Source of the DNA: Actinomycetota bacterium
GTDB lineage: Bacteria > Actinomycetota > Actinomycetes > S36-B12 > UBA5976
Length of the DNA: 34,323 bases
Direction: 5' to 3'
NCBI GenBank assembly: GCA_039805585.1
Contig: JBDLTY010000134.1
Location: forward strand, 1-34,323
Shown here: piece after piece, positions 1 to 8,714 of the stretch
How the letters are laid out: the number at the start of each line of letters is the position of its first letter
How positions within the stretch are numbered: position 1 is the stretch's first letter
Made by a program: the position numbers and the translations under genes
The notes under the pieces: generated by a model
What the model saw: the letters and a program-made list of their open reading frames with translations, nothing else
Database searches by the model: none
What the model was told of the DNA's origin: nothing

Positions 1-1
1 T

Positions 2-1249
2 CGCTTGAAGGATGCAGGTTGGATTTATGAAGGGTCCTATCAGGGGCCATATTGTGTTGGATGTGAAGAGTTCAAACTCCCAGCAGATCTCATTGATGGT
101 GAAAATGAATACCACGGGCAAAAGTGCTGTCCAATTCATTCCAAACCCGTAGAGATAGTTGATGAAACTAACTGGTTCTTCAAGCTCTCAGCCTTTACCG
201 ATAAATTAATTGAGCACTACACCAAACATCCCGAGGCGATTCGTCCACAATCGGCATACAACGAGGTGATGTCGTTCATTAAGCAGGGGCTACAAGATCT
301 TTCGATTTCTCGTAGCACATTTTCTTGGGGTATTGATGTGCCGTGGGATGAAAGCCAAGTTGTCTATGTTTGGTTTGATGCGCTTTTGAACTATGCAACC
401 GCGGTTGGACTCGATGATGCTGCTGGTTCTGAAGGTGCAGAAAAATTCGCCTCGACCTGGCCTGCGGATGTGCACCTCGTCGGCAAAGATATTTTGCGAT
501 TTCACGCAGTAATCTGGCCCGCAATGCTGATGGCAGGTGGATTGCCTCTTCCCAAGTGCGTCTATGCGCATGGCTGGCTACTCGTTGGTGGCGAAAAAAT
601 GAGTAAATCCAAACTGACTGGCATCGCTCCAAGTCAGATTATTGATCATTTCGGATCCGATGTTTTTCGATATTACTTTTTGAAGGCAATTCAATTTGGG
701 CAAGACGGCTCCTTCTCGTGGGAAGATTTGAGCGCTCGCTATACAGCGGATCTTGCTAATGGACTTGGAAATCTTGCTTCACGAGCAACAGCCATGGTCA
801 ATAAGTACTGTGATGGCGTTTTACCAAAGCCCGGGACCCTGAGTGATGCTGAAGAATCTCTTCGAGTACTTCTTGAAAAGACTGTCACAACTGCCGATAC
901 ACATATGCTGGATCTGGACTTCGCTGAAGGCATTTCAGCCGTAAAGGAGTTTATTGACGCGATTAATCTCTATGTCACCGAGCGCGAGCCTTGGAAAGTG
1001 GCAAAAGATGAAAGTCGAGCAGAAGAACTTCACACTATTTTGTACACAATCATTGACTGCCTTCGCGCAATTGCAATTTTATATTATCCAGTTATGCCAA
1101 AGGCGATGGCAAGTATGTGGGGGCAACTTGGAATTCCAGGCGAACTTTCAGGGCAACATATTCAAACCGCATCAAGCTGGCAGAGTACGCCTGCTGGTAT
1201 CAAGGTAACTAAAGGAGATGCACTGTTCCCACGATTAGAGGACGAATGA
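2..1249 (+). CDS. metG: Methionyl-tRNA synthetase, C-terminal about 415 aa (5' end lies outside the window)
   Basis: The reading frame is open to the window edge, so the TTG at nt 5 is only an ORF-caller artefact. It carries the class I aaRS KMSKS loop (GGEKMSKSK), zinc-knuckle cysteines (CVGCEEF...CCPIH) and a helical anticodon-binding C-terminus. There is an ATGA overlap with the next gene. Confidence 0.93.
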   Translation, partial: RLKDAGWIYEGSYQGPYCVGCEEFKLPADLIDGENEYHGQKCCPIHSKPVEIVDETNWFFKLSAFTDKLIEHYTKHPEAIRPQSAYNEVMSFIKQGLQDLSISRSTFSWGIDVPWDESQVVYVWFDALLNYATAVGLDDAAGSEGAEKFASTWPADVHLVGKDILRFHAVIWPAMLMAGGLPLPKCVYAHGWLLVGGEKMSKSKLTGIAPSQIIDHFGSDVFRYYFLKAIQFGQDGSFSWEDLSARYTADLANGLGNLASRATAMVNKYCDGVLPKPGTLSDAEESLRVLLEKTVTTADTHMLDLDFAEGISAVKEFIDAINLYVTEREPWKVAKDESRAEELHTILYTIIDCLRAIAILYYPVMPKAMASMWGQLGIPGELSGQHIQTASSWQSTPAGIKVTKGDALFPRLEDE

Positions 1250-2139
1250 CGCGTGAGCCATTGCGCAATCGCTCTGAATGGGACTCCAACACGGCTCGCG
1301 AGCTGAATTTGCCACCATTGCCAGACAGACTTCCTCTCGATGTTGTGGATTCGCACTGTCATCTTGATATTGAAGATGGTGATCAATTTTTAGCTCCAGA
1401 ACGCGCGCTTCTTGAAGCCACTTCAGTTGGGGTTAATCGAATTGTTCAAGTTGGAGTTGATGTGCCAAGTTCCAGATGGTCACGAGATCTTGCCCACAGT
1501 TTGCCCCGCATTCTTGCGGCTGTCGCAATTCATCCAAACGAAGCGCCACGGATTGCCATGGAAGGCTCACTCGAAGTTTTGCAGGAGCAGATACGCGAAA
1601 TTGAAGAACTTGCAAGCGATGAAAGAGTGCGAGCGATTGGTGAAACTGGCCTCGATTTCTTTCGGACAGATGAGGCTGGACGATCATCACAGATGTTTTC
1701 GTTTGAAGAACACATCCGAATAGCTAAAGAGCACAACAAGGCGCTGATGATTCATGATCGCGATGCGCATGAAGAGGTAGTGCAAACGCTGCTCAGAGTA
1801 GGGGCGCCAGAAAAGGTCATCTTCCATTGCTTTTCAGGCGATGCGTGGCTAGCAAGAGTGGCCGCTGAACACGGGTGGTACTGCTCATTTGCAGGCACTG
1901 TGACATTCAAGAATGCTAAAAATGTGCGAGAGGGTTTATCCGTCTTGCCACTTCAAAATATCTTGGTCGAAACTGATGCACCATTTCTCACACCTGAGCC
2001 ATTTCGAGGACGACCCAATGCTTCATATCTGATACCTCATACTGTGAGGTTTATGGCTGAGTTCAAAGGAATAGACATTGAAAAACTGTGTGCAGCAATC
2101 TCCGAGAATTCTGAGAATGTTTTTGGATCGTTTGACTGA
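1246..2139 (+). CDS. tatD: TatD-family metal-dependent hydrolase/DNase
   Basis: Motifs DSHCHLD, IGETGLDF, IHDRDAHEE and ETDAPFLTP. The Pro-rich N-terminal extension (LNLPPLPDRLPL) is typical of actinobacterial TatD. The start overlaps the metG stop (ATGA). Confidence 0.9.
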   Translation: MTREPLRNRSEWDSNTARELNLPPLPDRLPLDVVDSHCHLDIEDGDQFLAPERALLEATSVGVNRIVQVGVDVPSSRWSRDLAHSLPRILAAVAIHPNEAPRIAMEGSLEVLQEQIREIEELASDERVRAIGETGLDFFRTDEAGRSSQMFSFEEHIRIAKEHNKALMIHDRDAHEEVVQTLLRVGAPEKVIFHCFSGDAWLARVAAEHGWYCSFAGTVTFKNAKNVREGLSVLPLQNILVETDAPFLTPEPFRGRPNASYLIPHTVRFMAEFKGIDIEKLCAAISENSENVFGSFD

Positions 2140-2975
2140 TGGAATTTCTCAGTGCACCAGAAATACGAAAGTTAGCAGAGCAAGTCGGGTTTAGCCCGAA
2201 GAAATCATTTGGGCAAAATTTTCTACTTGATTCCAATGTTGTTCGTTCAATTGTCGATAAGGCTCACATTGACGCATCTGATGTGGTTTTGGAAATCGGT
2301 CCTGGCTTTGGATCATTAACACTGGGATTACTTGAAGTTGCGAAAGATGTTATCGCAGTGGAAATCAGCCCTACACTCGCAGAATTACTGCCCGAAACGG
2401 TTTTGCGCCTTGCCCCTGACATGAAGGATAAGTTGCAGGTCATCTGCCTCGACGCACTTGAAGTAGAGGATCTACCAATAGCGCCAACTGCTCTTGTTGC
2501 CAATCTTCCCTATAACGTGAGTGTGCCGATTCTCTTGCACCTTTTGAAGACGTTCCCATCAATTTCATCAGGACTGGTTATGGTGCAAAGTGAAGTCGCT
2601 GATCGACTTGTTTCAGCACCTGAAGGTAAAACGTATGGAATTCCCAGTGTGAAATTAGCCTGGTATGCGAAAGCAAAAAAAGTAGGGGACATTGGTAGAA
2701 AAGTTTTCTGGCCGGCACCAAATGTTGATAGCGCACTCGTGTATTTTGAACGACATCAAACCCCTCTTGCTGATGTTGACAGCGAAGAACTCTTCGAATT
2801 AATCGACCTAGCCTTTTCGTCTCGAAGAAAGATGCTTCGCTCAGTGTTATCGTCCTGGATACGTTCGGACAAGGTATTTGAAGAAGCTGGAATCAACCCC
2901 ACCGTCCGTGGAGAGGCACTTGGTGTGCTTGACTTTGTGCAATTACTGCAGGCGAATAAGGGTGGAAATACGTGA
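2139..2975 (+). CDS. rsmA: 16S rRNA (adenine1518/1519-N6)-dimethyltransferase
   Basis: FGQNFL motif, SAM-binding VLEIGPGFGSLT and ANLPYNV. TGATG overlap with tatD. Confidence 0.93.
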   Translation: MEFLSAPEIRKLAEQVGFSPKKSFGQNFLLDSNVVRSIVDKAHIDASDVVLEIGPGFGSLTLGLLEVAKDVIAVEISPTLAELLPETVLRLAPDMKDKLQVICLDALEVEDLPIAPTALVANLPYNVSVPILLHLLKTFPSISSGLVMVQSEVADRLVSAPEGKTYGIPSVKLAWYAKAKKVGDIGRKVFWPAPNVDSALVYFERHQTPLADVDSEELFELIDLAFSSRRKMLRSVLSSWIRSDKVFEEAGINPTVRGEALGVLDFVQLLQANKGGNT

Positions 2976-3889
2976 AGAAGTTGAAAGTGGTCGTGAAAGT
3001 TCCTGCAAAAATCAACCTAGCATTGAAAGTTGGTGCACTTGCAGACGATGGATTTCATCCACTTGAAACAGTTTTCCAGGCAATAGATATTTATGATGAA
3101 ATTATTGCCACCTCGGCCCAGGGCCTCTCTCTTTCGATAGAAGGCGAAGGTGCTGAAGAGTTGGGAACAGGCAGCGACAACTTGGCATATAAGGCTGCAG
3201 CACTTCTAGCGCAGCACGCAGGAATTGAACCTAATGTTCATCTACATATTACAAAGAAGATTCCGATTGCTGGAGGACTTGCAGGTGGCAGCGCTAACGC
3301 AGCGGGAACCTTAGTTGCATGTGATTCACTCTGGCGGCTTGATACCGATAAAGACGAGCTGTTAGCGCTTGCAAGTCAACTTGGTGCTGATGTGTCATTC
3401 GCATTGCTTGGTGGTACAGCACTTGGTAGAGGCAGAGGTGAAAAACTCACCACAATGCTCAATCGTGGCGAATTTCATTGGGTCCTGGCCGTTTCCTCGA
3501 CGGGACTTTCTACACCAGAGGTCTACAGAGTTTTCGACATGCTGAATCCAGATCCAATACCGCCAGCAATCGATACACGTTTAGCAGGCGCACTAGCAAC
3601 TGGTGATGTGACGCTCGCAAGTGAATGCTTTAGTAATGATTTGCAAGCTGCTGCAATCAAGATGCGTCCACAGATTAAACGAATTCTCGCTTCAGGTTTG
3701 GATGCAGGCGCTATCGGTGCACTTGTGAGCGGAAGTGGCCCTACGTGTGCATTTCTTGCTCGAAATCCAAATCACGCTTTGCATATTGCTGGCGAATTGC
3801 AAGCAAGCGGAGTTGTGGAGCGAACCATGATTGCATCGGGGCCTGCAAAGGGTGCTCATATCGTTTCTCGCGAGCAGTACTTCGATTAA
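2972..3889 (+). CDS. ispE: 4-diphosphocytidyl-2-C-methyl-D-erythritol kinase
   Basis: N-terminal VPAKINLAL and the GHMP-kinase phosphate loop PIAGGLAGGSANAAG. GTG start in a GTGA overlap with rsmA. Confidence 0.93.
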   Translation: MKKLKVVVKVPAKINLALKVGALADDGFHPLETVFQAIDIYDEIIATSAQGLSLSIEGEGAEELGTGSDNLAYKAAALLAQHAGIEPNVHLHITKKIPIAGGLAGGSANAAGTLVACDSLWRLDTDKDELLALASQLGADVSFALLGGTALGRGRGEKLTTMLNRGEFHWVLAVSSTGLSTPEVYRVFDMLNPDPIPPAIDTRLAGALATGDVTLASECFSNDLQAAAIKMRPQIKRILASGLDAGAIGALVSGSGPTCAFLARNPNHALHIAGELQASGVVERTMIASGPAKGAHIVSREQYFD

Positions 3890-4467
3890 GCCTTCGGTAA
3901 TCCCGCAAGCACGATATCTTGAAGTTCTTTTCTGGCTCGTGGTGATGTCTCGCGTTCTTTAAGCTCATCTGGTAATTCAGTTGTGGCGCTGTATTTACCT
4001 ACTGCAATCACAACAAGTGGCTTTAGGTCTTCAGGAACCTGCAATGATTGTGAAAGTGCTGCTGCATCAAAACCCGCCATCTGGTGCAAACTCAATCCAA
4101 GTGCTGTGGCCTGTATTCCAAGTTGCCCCACCGCTAAACCAACGTCATAGAGTGCGAGTTTTCTTTCTTTACCTTCTGGTGTGTGCGTTTGCGCGAATGC
4201 CACAATGAAAAGACTGGCTTTAGGTGCCCAGAGTTTGTTGTTGCCTGCCAAAGTATCTGCAATTTTCTTGAACTGCTCTTCACCGCGGCGTGCAATCAGA
4301 AATCGCCACGGTTGAACATTTGAACCAGATGCCGCCCAGCGTGCTGCCTCAAGTAGGGCGCGAATATCGTTGTCGCTGACGACAAACGACTCATCAAATG
4401 AGCGGGTGCTCCAGCGTTTAGCAATGTTGGGTTCAAGGGCAACTGAAGATTCGGCGGCTTTTTCCAT
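3886..4467 (-). CDS. Nitroreductase-family (FMN-dependent) oxidoreductase
   Basis: 193 aa with N-terminal RWSTRSF, plus SGSNVQPWRF and an overall nitroreductase-fold pattern. It converges on ispE and the two stop codons share a TTAA tetranucleotide. Confidence 0.8.
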   Translation of the reverse strand: MEKAAESSVALEPNIAKRWSTRSFDESFVVSDNDIRALLEAARWAASGSNVQPWRFLIARRGEEQFKKIADTLAGNNKLWAPKASLFIVAFAQTHTPEGKERKLALYDVGLAVGQLGIQATALGLSLHQMAGFDAAALSQSLQVPEDLKPLVVIAVGKYSATTELPDELKERETSPRARKELQDIVLAGLPKA

Positions 4468-5588
4468 TATTTTTGCGCTCCTAATAGAGATTGTTGTGCA
4501 AGTGAAGTTTTCTTGAGTAATTGATCTGCAATCTGGTCAAGCACCATCCGGACTGGATGTGTTTCGGCAAAGGATGTGATGACGTTACCGTCATCACCAG
4601 CAGTCAAAACATCCTGCATAAATGGCACCTGACCTAGCAGTGGCACGTCTGTCGATAATTCCTTACTTAATTCAGCGGATACGACTTCTCCGCCACCGCT
4701 ACCAAACAGCAAGGTCTTTTCATTGCAATGCTCACAAATGCTGTAGCTCATATTTTCGATAACGCCAACAACATTTTGTGAAATCAGAGTTGCCATCATA
4801 CCTGCTCGAATGGCAACCTCGCTGGCCGCAATTTGTGGAGTCGTCACGACCACGATGTTCGCTATGGGTAGCAATTGTCCAAGTGAAATTGCAATGTCTC
4901 CAGTACCAGGTGGTAAATCCAAAAGCAAAATATCAAGATCTCCCCAAAAGAAGTCAGTGAGAAATTGAGTTAAGAATTTTCCAAGCATTGGACCGCGCAT
5001 TGCAATAGGTCGATTCTTGTCCGGCCCCTTCATGCTAGAAACAGACAGCACTTTTACACCGTGAGCAGTTGGAGGGATTCGAAGGTCAGGATCAATGACT
5101 GTTTCTTCGGTTTGAAGACCCATGATTCGTGGAATTGAATGACCATAAATGTCTGCATCGATAATTCCGACTTTCAGGCCGCGAGTTTCAAAAGTCGCAG
5201 CCAGATTCGCCGTTAGCGAGGATTTTCCTACTCCACCCTTGCCTGATGCGATTGCAAAGATTCGGGTTCTGGAATTTGGGCGATTGAATGGAATTTCGGG
5301 TTCAGGTCCACGAAGTTTGAGTTTCAGTGCTTCTCGTTGTTCATTTGACATCACATCAAGTTCAACAGTGACGCTATCGATCCCGTCAAGCTCAGAAACT
5401 TTCTTCATTACCCGGTCTTGAATGGTACCTTTCATCGGACAAGACTTTATTGTGAGAAAAACTTCAATTACTGCGTGTGCACCATCAAGTTTGACTGATT
5501 TCACCATACCAAGTTCAGTGATGGGGCGATGAATTTCAGGATCTTCAACGAGGGCAAGTTGAGCATAAATTTCTTCGACAGAAGGCAT
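4467..5588 (-). CDS. mrp: Mrp/ApbC-type Fe-S cluster carrier ATPase with an N-terminal DUF59 domain
   Basis: DUF59-like N-terminus (LVEDPEIHRPITELGMV), P-loop SGKGGVGKSS and a CEHC cysteine pair. One-nucleotide TAATG overlap with the downstream nitroreductase gene. Confidence 0.92.
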   Translation of the reverse strand: MPSVEEIYAQLALVEDPEIHRPITELGMVKSVKLDGAHAVIEVFLTIKSCPMKGTIQDRVMKKVSELDGIDSVTVELDVMSNEQREALKLKLRGPEPEIPFNRPNSRTRIFAIASGKGGVGKSSLTANLAATFETRGLKVGIIDADIYGHSIPRIMGLQTEETVIDPDLRIPPTAHGVKVLSVSSMKGPDKNRPIAMRGPMLGKFLTQFLTDFFWGDLDILLLDLPPGTGDIAISLGQLLPIANIVVVTTPQIAASEVAIRAGMMATLISQNVVGVIENMSYSICEHCNEKTLLFGSGGGEVVSAELSKELSTDVPLLGQVPFMQDVLTAGDDGNVITSFAETHPVRMVLDQIADQLLKKTSLAQQSLLGAQK

Positions 5589-5605
5589 GGGGTTAGCCTA
5601 GATTG

Positions 5606-6091
5606 TTACGGTCTTTCCCGCTCATCGCCTGACTCTTTGAGTTCCTCTACAGCATCCGCAAGTTCATTTCGCACATATTCTCGTGTTGCAAGTTCGCCTA
5701 ATGCTATGCGGATTGCAGCAATCTCTCGGCTAAGAAATTCCATTTCAGCAAATAAGCGCTCGGTACGCAATCGATCTTCCGCGATGGTGACCCGGTCTCG
5801 ATCTGTTTGCCTGTTTTGTGCAAGCAGAATTAAGGGCGCTGCGTAGGAGGCTTGCAGTGACAAGAGAAATGTCAAGAAAATGAACGGATACTCATCTGGT
5901 GTGAGGCCTTCAGGTGAAAAGATATTCCAAAGAACCCAAACCAGAATAAATCCAGTCATGTAGGCGATGAAGCGCCAGGAGCCGATGAAGCGGGCTATAC
6001 GTTCACTGAAGACTCCAAACGTTTCTGCGTCATAGGAAGGCCTGAGTGTGCGTTGGGTCGTTGGCGTATCAAGCCGGTTTCTTTTCGTCAT
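5606..6091 (-). CDS. DUF1003-family membrane protein
   Basis: Two hydrophobic helices (FIAYMTGFILVWVLWNI and IFLTFLLSLQASYAAPLILL) are followed by a charged coiled-coil tail. I chose the ATG at 6091 (MTKRN...) because it sits 1 nt after the stop of the upstream gene (TGAGATG). The track start at 6145 would overlap that gene by 53 nt. Confidence 0.75.
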   Translation of the reverse strand: MTKRNRLDTPTTQRTLRPSYDAETFGVFSERIARFIGSWRFIAYMTGFILVWVLWNIFSPEGLTPDEYPFIFLTFLLSLQASYAAPLILLAQNRQTDRDRVTIAEDRLRTERLFAEMEFLSREIAAIRIALGELATREYVRNELADAVEELKESGDERERP

Positions 6092-6092
6092 C

Positions 6093-7346
6093 TCACACCT
6101 CTTCCGTATCAGTATCGCGCCAGTCTTCTGGCAACATATGGTCAACTAAGTCATCAACTGTCACCGCACCAAGTAATCGTCCTGCATCGTCAACCACGGG
6201 CAACGCAACAAGGTTATAGGCAGCAAAGTGTCTTGCAACAGTTGCGAGGTTCGCATTTGGCCCGAGTGGTACTAAAGCACGGTCGAGTGCTTGTGAAACT
6301 AAGGTCGAAGGAGTTTCTCGCAAGAGCTGTTGGAAGTGAACGGTTCCAAGATATTGACCAGTTGGAGTTTCTAATGGTGATCTCACAACGTATACCTGAG
6401 CTGCAAGGGCAGGGGGAATACTTGGATTTCTTACTTGGGCTAATGCTGAAGCAACTGTTGTGTCAGGGGTTACCAAAACTGGATCGGTTGTCATCATACC
6501 GCCGGCTGTGTAATCCTCATATGAAATCAAACGCTTGAGGTCTTCAGCATCAGATGGTTCAAGTGATTCAATAATCTCTTGCGCTTTTTGCGCAGGCAAT
6601 TCTTTGAGAAGATCAGCAGCATCGTCGGGATTCAATTCTTCGAAAACTTCAAGTACCCGATCAAAACCAAGATGTTGAATAAGTTCCACGCGATCTTCTT
6701 CGGGTAACTCTTCTAGCACGTCAGCCAACGTGTCATCGCTCAGTTCTGCAACGACTGCTAAACGTCGCTCTTCGGGTAAATCTCGAAGCAACGACGCTAG
6801 ATCCGTTGGTGCCATATTTGAAATCATTGCTAAGAGTGAGTCAACGGCATGAACTGATGATTCTCCATCGAGTCCGACAATGTCATTCCAATCAAGAGTG
6901 AGCTCCTCCGAGAACCTTCGCAATCCTTTTCCTGGTTTTCTCACGAATACTTTAGTGACAATCCAACTACGTGTTCGTTCTTGATAATCAATAGCAACAT
7001 CACCGATGACAACCTCATCCTGTGAATTGATTATTGTTACTTTACGATCAATGAGCTCTGCCATGACGAGAGTTTCAGATGAGTGCTGGCTGAATCGGCG
7101 CAAGTCCACTTTGCCAGTACTCAGGACTTGGCCAAACTCGATAGCAGTGACTCTTCCCATCGGAAGGAAAATGCTACGGCGGGGCATAACTTCAACCACG
7201 AGCCCAAGGACTTGAGGGGTACGAGTGACAATAGATGAGAGCACAACATCGCGTACTTTCCCCACTGGATCTCCCTGAGGGTCAAATACGCTTGTGCCGA
7301 TGAGGCGTCCTACGTATACGCGATTCTGGTTGCTTGCCATAGACAT
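6093..7346 (-). CDS. Soluble MgtE-like protein (PRC-barrel-like N-terminus, MgtE_N domain, CBS pair) with no membrane domain
   Basis: Acidic helical repeats typical of MgtE_N (LLRDLPEERRLAVVAELSDDTLADVLEELPEEDRVELIQHL) are followed by a tandem CBS region (MMTTDPVLV...VVDDAGRLLGAVTVDDLVD). There are no hydrophobic helices. Confidence 0.8.
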   Translation of the reverse strand: MSMASNQNRVYVGRLIGTSVFDPQGDPVGKVRDVVLSSIVTRTPQVLGLVVEVMPRRSIFLPMGRVTAIEFGQVLSTGKVDLRRFSQHSSETLVMAELIDRKVTIINSQDEVVIGDVAIDYQERTRSWIVTKVFVRKPGKGLRRFSEELTLDWNDIVGLDGESSVHAVDSLLAMISNMAPTDLASLLRDLPEERRLAVVAELSDDTLADVLEELPEEDRVELIQHLGFDRVLEVFEELNPDDAADLLKELPAQKAQEIIESLEPSDAEDLKRLISYEDYTAGGMMTTDPVLVTPDTTVASALAQVRNPSIPPALAAQVYVVRSPLETPTGQYLGTVHFQQLLRETPSTLVSQALDRALVPLGPNANLATVARHFAAYNLVALPVVDDAGRLLGAVTVDDLVDHMLPEDWRDTDTEEV

Positions 7347-7377
7347 AGGCTACCTTCACATAAAGTACCCTTAAACC

Positions 7378-7989
7378 ATGCAGAATGTTCTTGACCTAGC
7401 GTTTTTTGGCTCTGCCCTCGTAACACTCTTAGTCATCATGGACCCTCCGGGTGTTGTACCCATATTTCTTGCTTTAGCGGGGAAGAAACCTCCCAAGGAA
7501 AAATCACGCCTAGCCCTGCAGGCAACCGCTACGTCATTTGGTGTCATTGTCGTCTTTGCACTGCTTGGTGAACAGGTATTGAGCTACCTGAAAATCACAC
7601 TTCCCGCCCTACAAGGAGCAGGCGGCCTTCTGCTCTTACTTGTCGCACTTGAACTACTCACGGGTCGAGGGCAAGATCCAAATCTAGAAAAAGATGTCAA
7701 TGTGGCGCTAGTGCCACTTGGTACACCACTACTAGCAGGGCCTGGTGCGATTGTTGCAACAATTTTGTTTGCTCGCCAAGCAGATGCTTTCAATCAATAT
7801 CTCGCCCTTGCTCTTGCCGTCATTCTTGTTCACGCGTTTATTTGGCTTTCAATGCGCTACAGCGTTGGAATATTGCGATTGATTGGCACGAGTGGCGTGA
7901 CCATTGTTGCACGAATTGCGGGCCTATTACTCGCTGCTATTGGTGTGCAATTGATTGCAGACTCTATTGTTGGATTTAGTGCCCAATGA
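7378..7989 (+). CDS. MarC-family (UPF0056) integral membrane protein
   Basis: 203 aa with about six hydrophobic helices. The N-terminal VIMDPPGVVPIFLAL is typical of the MarC family. Confidence 0.85.
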   Translation: MQNVLDLAFFGSALVTLLVIMDPPGVVPIFLALAGKKPPKEKSRLALQATATSFGVIVVFALLGEQVLSYLKITLPALQGAGGLLLLLVALELLTGRGQDPNLEKDVNVALVPLGTPLLAGPGAIVATILFARQADAFNQYLALALAVILVHAFIWLSMRYSVGILRLIGTSGVTIVARIAGLLLAAIGVQLIADSIVGFSAQ

Positions 7990-8714
7990 CATTCATCGTT
8001 TCAATCGTGAATCAACAAAGTGATAGTGCGAAGACTACGTTGGCATCAAGATTGAGCGTGGCACTTGCGCAAGTTGGTGAAAATGTTCTAGCGATAGATT
8101 TAGATCCGCAAGCTAATCTCACGAAAATTGCTGGAATTGACACCGAAGTGCTTGAGAATTCAGTGCATGAAGTGTTGCTCGGGATGAGCAACATTACTGA
8201 GGTAATGGCGGATTCAGATTTAGGAATTGATTTAGTTCCCTCGTGTATCGATTTAGCACGCGTTGAAATGCGTTTGGTAACCCGAGCCGGTCGCGAAAAT
8301 GTATTGCGTAACGCAATCGAGCAAGTAAAGAGTGAGTATGACTGGATCATCATTGATTGCCCATCTGCGCTTGCATTTCTCACCGTCAATGCTCTATCAG
8401 CCTCAACCCATGTTCTGATTCCTGTTGATAGTAAGTTTGCAAGTCGGAGGGCTTTGTCTCAATTGGTGGAGACAATCCATGAAGTTCAACAACTCATCAA
8501 TCAAGATCTCAAAGTATTGGGCTTTGTGCCAATTGATTTGAATAATCAAGGGGAAGACCTATCTCCACTTGATGAATTCGATATCACCCGCTTTGTCACG
8601 ATTGGATTTACGGAGGGTTTACACGATGTCAAAGGTGGAAGCTTGGCTTCTCTTTCACTTACACAATCGAATTACAAGAATCTAGCCCACGCTTTACTTA
8701 CTGCTTTGGGGTAG
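7986..8714 (+). CDS. ParA/Soj-like protein with a degenerate Walker A (probable pseudo-ATPase)
   Basis: ParA-fold landmarks are present: AIDLDPQANLT and the Walker B-like WIIIDCPSA. The deviant Walker A xKGGxGKT instead reads NQQSDSAKTT (nt 8010-8039). ATGA overlap with the MarC gene. Confidence 0.8.
   Translation: MTFIVSIVNQQSDSAKTTLASRLSVALAQVGENVLAIDLDPQANLTKIAGIDTEVLENSVHEVLLGMSNITEVMADSDLGIDLVPSCIDLARVEMRLVTRAGRENVLRNAIEQVKSEYDWIIIDCPSALAFLTVNALSASTHVLIPVDSKFASRRALSQLVETIHEVQQLINQDLKVLGFVPIDLNNQGEDLSPLDEFDITRFVTIGFTEGLHDVKGGSLASLSLTQSNYKNLAHALLTALG

Noticed and set aside
279-632. Minus-strand ORFs of 117 and 93 aa inside metG, and similar ORFs inside other genes: 1412-1723, 2264-2503, 8012-8389, 12712-13032, 14179-14490, 18490-18801, 19825-20419, 28444-28752, 29614-30118
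   Set aside because: These are shadow ORFs in alternative frames or antisense to genes with unambiguous family motifs. Their translations are Arg/Ser/Cys-rich with no recognisable motifs.
6053-6538. 161-aa plus-strand ORF across the DUF1003 / MgtE-like junction
   Set aside because: It lies antisense to two well-supported genes, has low-complexity composition, and has no SD.
7986-8714. ParA-like gene as a sign of a plasmid or integrated-element partition module
   Set aside because: There is no parB, no centromere-like repeats and no other mobile genes. The position relative to the DEAD-box helicase mirrors the chromosomal Rv3211-Rv3213c region.
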